In this document: positions 58,774 to 64,000 of the stretch, one piece after another | Position numbering within the stretch: the first letter of the stretch is position 1 | How the letters are laid out: every line of letters starts with the position of its first letter | Origin: Planctomycetota bacterium | Lineage (GTDB): Bacteria; Planctomycetota; Planctomycetia; Pirellulales; PNKZ01 | NCBI GenBank assembly: GCA_018242585.1 | Contig: JAFEBQ010000040.1 | Span: 18,090 to 82,089, forward strand | Reading direction: 5' to 3' | Length of the DNA stretch: 64,000 nucleotides | Notes under the pieces: generated by a model | Told to the model about the DNA's origin: nothing | The model's input: only the letters and a program-made list of their open reading frames with translations | The model's database searches: none | Position numbers and translations under genes: made by a program

Positions 58774-60342
58774 ATGGCACGCACGCGGTTTGCCCCGAGC
58801 CCGACTGGTTATTTGCACATCGGGGGGGTGCGCACGGCCTTGTTCAACTGGCTGTTCGCGCGCAAACACGGCGGCCAGTTCCTGTTGCGCATTGACGACA
58901 CCGATCAGCAGCGTAACGTCGAAGCCGCCCTCGCCCCCATTCTGCACGGCTTTCGCTGGCTGGGCATCGACTGGGACGAAGGCCCCGAGGTTGACGGCCC
59001 TCACGCCCCGTATTTCCAGTCACAACGCACCGACCAGTACCAGGCGGCCGTGGCCAAACTGCTCGCCTCGGGGCACGCCTATCGCGACTTTGCCACGCCG
59101 GCCGAGGTGCAAGCCGAGCGCGAAGCCGCCGAAAAGGAGAAGCGATCCTTCGTCTACAGCCGCCGCTGGATGGCCGAGACCGAGGCCGCGGCCCAACGGT
59201 TCGAGAACGAAGGGCGCTCGGGCGTCGTGCGACTGAAGATGCCGCGTGAAGGCACACTGGTGATTGACGACCAGATTCGCGGCCAGGTGTCGTTCGAGTG
59301 GACCAACGAGCAAGATCACGTCGTTCAGCGCGCCGACGGCAGTTGCCTGTATCACCTGGCCAGCGTGGTCGACGACTTTGACTTTCAGATCTCGCACGTG
59401 ATTCGAGCCGAGGAGCACCTGTCGAACACGCCGCGGCAAGTGTTCATCGCCCAGTCGCTGGGCTATCCGTTGCCCGTCTACGCACACCTCCCCTACGTGG
59501 CCGAGCCGGGCAGCAAGAACAAGCTCAGCAAGCGGAAGCTCGACAAGTATCTGAAGAACCGTGACTTTGCCCAAGTGAACGAACACGGGCAGGCCATCGC
59601 GCGGGCGCTCGGGCTGTCCCCGTCGGCCGAGACGTTCAACCCGGTGATTGTCGACTTCTACGAGCAGGTGGGCTATCTGCCCGATGCGATTATCAACTAC
59701 CTGATGCTGCTGGGCTGGTCGCTGGACGACAAGACCGAGTTCCTGACTCGGCAGCAAATGGTTGACAACTTTTCGCTCGAGCGGGTGAACAAGGCGCCGG
59801 CCAGCTTTGACCCCAAGAAGCTGCAATCGTTCCAGGACCATTACTATCAGCAATTGCCGATCAAGCAGAAGGTCGCCAAAATGCTGCCGTTTTTGCAGCG
59901 GGCCGGCTATGTCAGCGATCCGCCGCCGTGCAGCGTCGGGCCGTTGTTGACGCAAATCGTCACGGCGGCCGGCGACCGGTTGAAGGTCTCGGGGGACATT
60001 CTGTTCTACGGTAAGTTGTTTCTGACCGATGAACTGGAATACGACGAAGCGGCCCTGCAACAACGCTTGGGCTCGCCCGAGGCGCAAGCCCTGCTGCGCA
60101 AGTTCCGCGACGCAATCGCCGAGGTCCAGCCGTTCGACACGCCGACGCTGGAACACGCGATGCACGAGTTCCTGGCCCGCGAAGGAAAGAAGATCGGCGA
60201 CATGGTTCACTCGTTGCGATTAGCGACGACGGGACAAGCGATCGGCCCGGGCATTTACGACTGTCTGGCGATCTTGGGGCGCGACAAGGCGCTCGCCCGC
60301 ATCGACGCCACGCTCGACAAGTTGGGAGCGGTTCGCTCTTAG
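58774..60342 (+). CDS. gltX: Glutamate--tRNA ligase
   Basis: HIGH-type motif [18 protein letters not shown] and KMSKS-type motif NKLSKRK. Confidence 0.92.
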   Translation: MARTRFAPSPTGYLHIGGVRTALFNWLFARKHGGQFLLRIDDTDQQRNVEAALAPILHGFRWLGIDWDEGPEVDGPHAPYFQSQRTDQYQAAVAKLLASGHAYRDFATPAEVQAEREAAEKEKRSFVYSRRWMAETEAAAQRFENEGRSGVVRLKMPREGTLVIDDQIRGQVSFEWTNEQDHVVQRADGSCLYHLASVVDDFDFQISHVIRAEEHLSNTPRQVFIAQSLGYPLPVYAHLPYVAEPGSKNKLSKRKLDKYLKNRDFAQVNEHGQAIARALGLSPSAETFNPVIVDFYEQVGYLPDAIINYLMLLGWSLDDKTEFLTRQQMVDNFSLERVNKAPASFDPKKLQSFQDHYYQQLPIKQKVAKMLPFLQRAGYVSDPPPCSVGPLLTQIVTAAGDRLKVSGDILFYGKLFLTDELEYDEAALQQRLGSPEAQALLRKFRDAIAEVQPFDTPTLEHAMHEFLAREGKKIGDMVHSLRLATTGQAIGPGIYDCLAILGRDKALARIDATLDKLGAVRS

Positions 60343-60366
60343 AAAAGGACCGAGGATAGCTACACG

Positions 60367-62067
60367 ATGAGCACGGAAGAATCGGCGCGTCCGCAGTCGG
60401 TCGACTTTATTCGGACGATCGTCAACGAGCACAACGCCAGCGGCCGCTTTCAGGGGCGCGTCCACACGCGGTTTCCGCCCGAGCCGAACGGCTATCTGCA
60501 CATTGGCCATGCCAAGAGCATCTGCCTGAACTTTGGCATTGCCCGCGATTACGGCGGCAAGTGCAATTTGCGTTTCGACGACACCAATCCGACCAAGGAA
60601 GAAGTCGAATACGTCGAGTCGATCATGGCCGACGTCCGCTGGCTGGGCTTTGAATGGGACGGGCTCTACTACGCCAGCGACTACTTCCAGCAGCTTTACG
60701 ATTGGGCCGTCCAACTGATCAAGGCGGGCAAGGCGTATGTCTGTGACCTGACCGGCGACCAGATTCGCGAGCATCGCGGCACCCTGACCGAGCCAGGCAA
60801 GAACAGCCCGTACCGCGATCGCCCGGTGGCTGAAAGCCTGAACCTGTTCGAGCGGATGAAGAAAGGGGAGTTCCCTGATGGCTCGCGGACGCTGCGCGCC
60901 AAGATCGACATGGCGTCGCCGAACTTGAACATGCGCGATCCGGTGATGTACCGCATTTTGCACGCCCATCACCACCGGACTGGCGACGAGTGGTGCATCT
61001 ATGCCATGTACGACTGGGCGCACGGCCAGAGCGACTCGCTCGAGAAGATCACTCACTCGATCTGCACGCTCGAGTTCGAGAACCATCGCCCGTTGTACGA
61101 GTGGTACATCGACGCGCTCGGGCTCTACAAGCCGCAACAGATTGAGTTCGCCCGCTTGAACCTGACCTACACGGTGATGAGCAAGCGGAAGCTGCTCGAA
61201 CTGGTCAAAGGGAACTTCGTCCGTGGCTGGGACGATCCGCGGATGCCGACGATTGCCGGCATTCGTCGTCGCGGCTATCCGCCCGAGGCGATCCGCGCGT
61301 TCTGTGCCCAGATCGGCGTCACCAAGCAAGACGGTGTGATCGATCTGGCGGTGCTCGAAAACTGTGTGCGCGAAGACCTCAACAAACGCGCCCCGCGCGT
61401 GATGGCCGTATTGAACCCGTTGAAGGTCACCATCACCAACTACCCGGCCGGGCAGGTCGAAACCCTGGACGCGGTGAACAACCCCGAAGATCCCAGCGCC
61501 GGCACGCGGCAGGTGCCGTTCTCGGGCACGATCTACGTCGAGCAGGACGACTTCCGCGAGGAAGCGCCCAAGAAGTTCTTCCGACTGGCGCCGGGGCGCG
61601 AAGTCCGCCTGCGGTGGGGCTACTTCATCACCTGCAACGAAGTGGTCAAGGACTCGTCGGGCAAGGTCGTCGAGCTGCGCTGCACCTACGACCCGGCCAC
61701 GCGCGGCGGCAACGCCCCCGACGGCCGCAAGGTGCAGGGGACCATCCACTGGGTTTCGGCCGCCCATGCCATTGACGCCGAAGTGCGGCAGTACGACCAC
61801 CTGTTCCGCGAGCCGCATCCCGAGGATGTGCCGGCCGGGGTCGATTACAAGCAGAACCTGAATCCCGAGTCGCTGGTGGTCTTGAAGGGTTGCAAGTTGG
61901 AACCCAGCCTGGCTCAGGCCAGCCCGGCAGAGCGCTACCAGTTCGAGCGACTGGGCTATTTCTGGCTCGATTCGGTCGATTCCCAGCCCGGGGCGTTGAT
62001 CTTCAACCGGATCGTGTCATTGCGTGACAGTTGGGCTAAAATCGAAAAACAGGACGGAAAGAAGTAA
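60367..62067 (+). CDS. glnS: Glutamine--tRNA ligase
   Basis: [16 protein letters not shown] (HIGH) and TVMSKRKL (KMSKS). C-terminal anticodon-binding beta-barrel-type sequence [11 protein letters not shown]. Confidence 0.92.
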   Translation: MSTEESARPQSVDFIRTIVNEHNASGRFQGRVHTRFPPEPNGYLHIGHAKSICLNFGIARDYGGKCNLRFDDTNPTKEEVEYVESIMADVRWLGFEWDGLYYASDYFQQLYDWAVQLIKAGKAYVCDLTGDQIREHRGTLTEPGKNSPYRDRPVAESLNLFERMKKGEFPDGSRTLRAKIDMASPNLNMRDPVMYRILHAHHHRTGDEWCIYAMYDWAHGQSDSLEKITHSICTLEFENHRPLYEWYIDALGLYKPQQIEFARLNLTYTVMSKRKLLELVKGNFVRGWDDPRMPTIAGIRRRGYPPEAIRAFCAQIGVTKQDGVIDLAVLENCVREDLNKRAPRVMAVLNPLKVTITNYPAGQVETLDAVNNPEDPSAGTRQVPFSGTIYVEQDDFREEAPKKFFRLAPGREVRLRWGYFITCNEVVKDSSGKVVELRCTYDPATRGGNAPDGRKVQGTIHWVSAAHAIDAEVRQYDHLFREPHPEDVPAGVDYKQNLNPESLVVLKGCKLEPSLAQASPAERYQFERLGYFWLDSVDSQPGALIFNRIVSLRDSWAKIEKQDGKK

Positions 62068-62124
62068 TCGATCCCGTCGCGTGATGGTCACCATTAACTA
62101 GGCGCGTTGCGAGCTGATAGATAA

Positions 62125-62240
62125 ACACCCCTCCCTTTCAGGGAGGGGCAGGGGGAAGGGTGAAGACGTCGCACGAGATTGCGGCGTGACCCTCATCCGG
62201 TTCGCTGCGCTCACCACCTTCTCCCCGGGGGAGAAGGGTT
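62125..62240 (-). repeat. Composite REP/MITE-like element, copy D (inverted)
   Basis: CCCCTCCCTTTCAGGGAGGGG (62128-62148) followed by CAGGGGGAAGGGTGAA. Then GACCCTCATCCGGTTCGCTGCGCTCACCA followed by CCTTCTCCCCGGGGGAGAAGG (62217-62237). This is the reverse-complement arrangement of copies A and C. Confidence 0.75.
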
Positions 62241-62263
62241 CGATACAGACCGAGGCACCTGTC

Positions 62264-64000
62264 ATGAATATGCTCGTCGTTGTCGTCTCGTCGGCTGTCA
62301 TCTTGACGGTCGCTTACTTCACCTACGGCCGATTGTTGACGCGGCTGTTCAAGCTGGACGCCACGCGCCCGACGCCGGCGGTCGAGCTGCGCGATGACGT
62401 CGACTACGAGCCGATCGAGCCGAAGTTTCTGCTCTCGCAACACTTCTCGGCCATCGCGGCCGCGGGGCCGGTCGTGGGGCCGATTCTGGCGGGCTTGATG
62501 TTCGGCTGGGTGCCGGCCCTGTGTTGGATCTTGGTTGGCTCGATCTTCATCGGCGGCGTGCATGACATGGCGGCGCTGACCGCCTCGATTCGTCACAAGG
62601 CTCGCTCGATCGCCGAAGTGGTCCGCGACCACATGAGCCAGCGCTCGTACGTGCTGTTCCTATTGTTCGTTTGGATTGCGCTGATCTACATCATTGTCGC
62701 CTTCACCGACATCACGGCCTCGGCGTTCATCCGCGACCAGGTGATCGAGAACGGCGTCACCGTGCGCGGCGCCGGTATCGCCACCTCGTCGATGTTCTAT
62801 CTGGTGCTGCCGGTCATCATGGGCTTGCTGCTCCGTTACACGAAGCTCTCGCTCAACCTGGCCACGGTCATCTTCTTGCCGCTGGTCGGCGTGGCGATCT
62901 GGGCGGGTCAGCAAATCCCCTTTGACCTGACAGCCATCTTGAACGTCCAGCCCGCCGTGGCTCACAAGGTGTGGGACGTCGCGCTGTTGTTCTACTGCCT
63001 GATTGCCGCCGTCGTGCCGGTCTGGGCGCTGCTGCAGCCGCGCGGGCACCTGGGCGGCTACTTCCTGTACGTGGCGCTAGCGGCTGGGGCGATTGGCCTG
63101 ATCGCCGGCGGCAACGAGATCAAATATCCGGCTTTCCTGGGTTGGGACGTACTGAACGCCAAGGGAGAAACCCGCAGCATCTTCCCGATTCTGTTCATCA
63201 CCATCGCCTGCGGGGCTTGCTCGGGCTTTCACTCGCTGATTGCCTCGGGCACGACCAGCAAGCAGCTCTCGCGCGAGACCGACGCGCGAACGATCGGCTA
63301 TGGGGCCATGCTGCTCGAAGCGATGGTGGCCATTGTGTCGTTGTGCTGCGTGATGATGTTCGCTCAGGGCGCGCCCGAGTTGGGCGGCGCCAAGCCGTCG
63401 CCCGATCATATCTACTCGCAAGGCATCGGCAATTTCGTTTCGGTGATGTACATCCCCAAGGCGTTCGGCATTTCGTTCGCCCTGATGGCGTTCACCACCT
63501 TCGTCTACGACACGCTCGATGTTTGCACGCGACTGGGCCGGTACATCATCCAGGAACTGACGGGCATGCAAGGGAGCGTGGGCCGCTGGCTGGGCACCGG
63601 GCTGACGGCCGGCATTCCGGTCTTCTTCCTGCTGCGTCATCCCAGCGATTCGCCGCAGCCGGTCTGGCGCTTGTTCTGGGATCTGTTCGGGGCGAGCAAT
63701 CAGTTGCTGGCGGCGCTGACCTTGATGGGCATCACCGTTTGGCTCTGGCGCACGCGCCGGGCCGCTTGGGTTTGGCTGGTGACGGGTCTGCCGGCCGCGT
63801 TCATGTACACGATGAGCACCTGGGCCCTGTACGACATGACCTGGCGGCAATTCCGCGTCGACGGCGCGTTCGTCGCCCCCAGCGATCCAATCCCTTGGAT
63901 CGGGCTGGTGCTGCTGGCCCTGGCGGCGCTGATGCTCGTCGAAGCCGTGATCGCGGTCCTCGGCTCCCGTGGCGACGACGATCGGAGCAGCCGCGAGACG
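62264..64000 (+). CDS. cstA: Carbon starvation protein A (CstA family peptide/pyruvate transporter); 3' end outside the window
   Basis: Hand translation: MNMLVVVVSSAVILTVAYFTYGRLLTRLFKLD...LLSQHFSAIAAAGPVVGPILAGLMFGWVPALCWILVGSIFIGGVHDMAAL. The frame runs exactly 579 codons from the ATG to nt 64000; translated stretches at the 5' and 3' ends contain no stop codon (the middle was not translated), and the absence of a terminated ORF in the track for this frame is consistent with it staying open to the window edge. Confidence 0.88.
   Translation, partial: MNMLVVVVSSAVILTVAYFTYGRLLTRLFKLDATRPTPAVELRDDVDYEPIEPKFLLSQHFSAIAAAGPVVGPILAGLMFGWVPALCWILVGSIFIGGVHDMAALTASIRHKARSIAEVVRDHMSQRSYVLFLLFVWIALIYIIVAFTDITASAFIRDQVIENGVTVRGAGIATSSMFYLVLPVIMGLLLRYTKLSLNLATVIFLPLVGVAIWAGQQIPFDLTAILNVQPAVAHKVWDVALLFYCLIAAVVPVWALLQPRGHLGGYFLYVALAAGAIGLIAGGNEIKYPAFLGWDVLNAKGETRSIFPILFITIACGACSGFHSLIASGTTSKQLSRETDARTIGYGAMLLEAMVAIVSLCCVMMFAQGAPELGGAKPSPDHIYSQGIGNFVSVMYIPKAFGISFALMAFTTFVYDTLDVCTRLGRYIIQELTGMQGSVGRWLGTGLTAGIPVFFLLRHPSDSPQPVWRLFWDLFGASNQLLAALTLMGITVWLWRTRRAAWVWLVTGLPAAFMYTMSTWALYDMTWRQFRVDGAFVAPSDPIPWIGLVLLALAALMLVEAVIAVLGSRGDDDRSSRET

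Noticed and set aside
34272-62240. Possibility that the repeated hairpin elements are a CRISPR array
   Set aside because: The copies are dispersed tens of kb apart, occur in both orientations and have no regular spacer architecture. No cas genes are present.

Overview
This is a high-GC chromosomal segment; hand counts on several 60-nt lines give about 62-73% GC. The gene content is typical of Planctomycetota (Pirellulales-like): a DUF1549/DUF1553 plus DUF1501 pair, two PVC-type CxxCH heme-binding dehydrogenase-like proteins, a BatA/vWA/MoxR/DUF58 operon, and ECF sigma factors, one with a giant anti-sigma-like partner. I can support about 40 protein-coding genes. Two are cut by the window edges: 1-2352, and cstA at 62264-64000. 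cstA is missing from the supplied ORF track because it has no stop codon inside the window. One 56-aa Cys-rich ORF (9351-9521) is also below the track cut-off. Recognisable housekeeping genes are ptsI, proC, nadE, eno, tkt, ppk2, gltX, glnS, a type I-beta DAHP synthase, a 7Fe-type ferredoxin, an archaeal-type glucose dehydrogenase, and an MTR-kinase-like kinase. I found no rRNA, tRNA, CRISPR array, transposase, integrase, reverse transcriptase or phage genes. Non-coding structure worth noting: (1) four dispersed copies of a composite two-hairpin REP/MITE-like element at gene 3' ends; (2) a 30-bp perfect inverted repeat with a 96-nt spacer downstream of an orphan ECF sigma gene; (3) a nested four-arm palindrome downstream of ppk2. 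The only clearly accessory-looking stretch is a ~1.65-kb lower-GC islet (about 9.15-10.81 kb, roughly 43-58% GC on hand-counted lines). It encodes an HNH_2-type nuclease with an unrecognised N-terminal domain plus the Cys-rich miniprotein. That islet is my best candidate for something new, such as a modification-dependent or novel defence nuclease. I do not see a compelling multi-gene undescribed system, and all function calls are motif-based without database searches.
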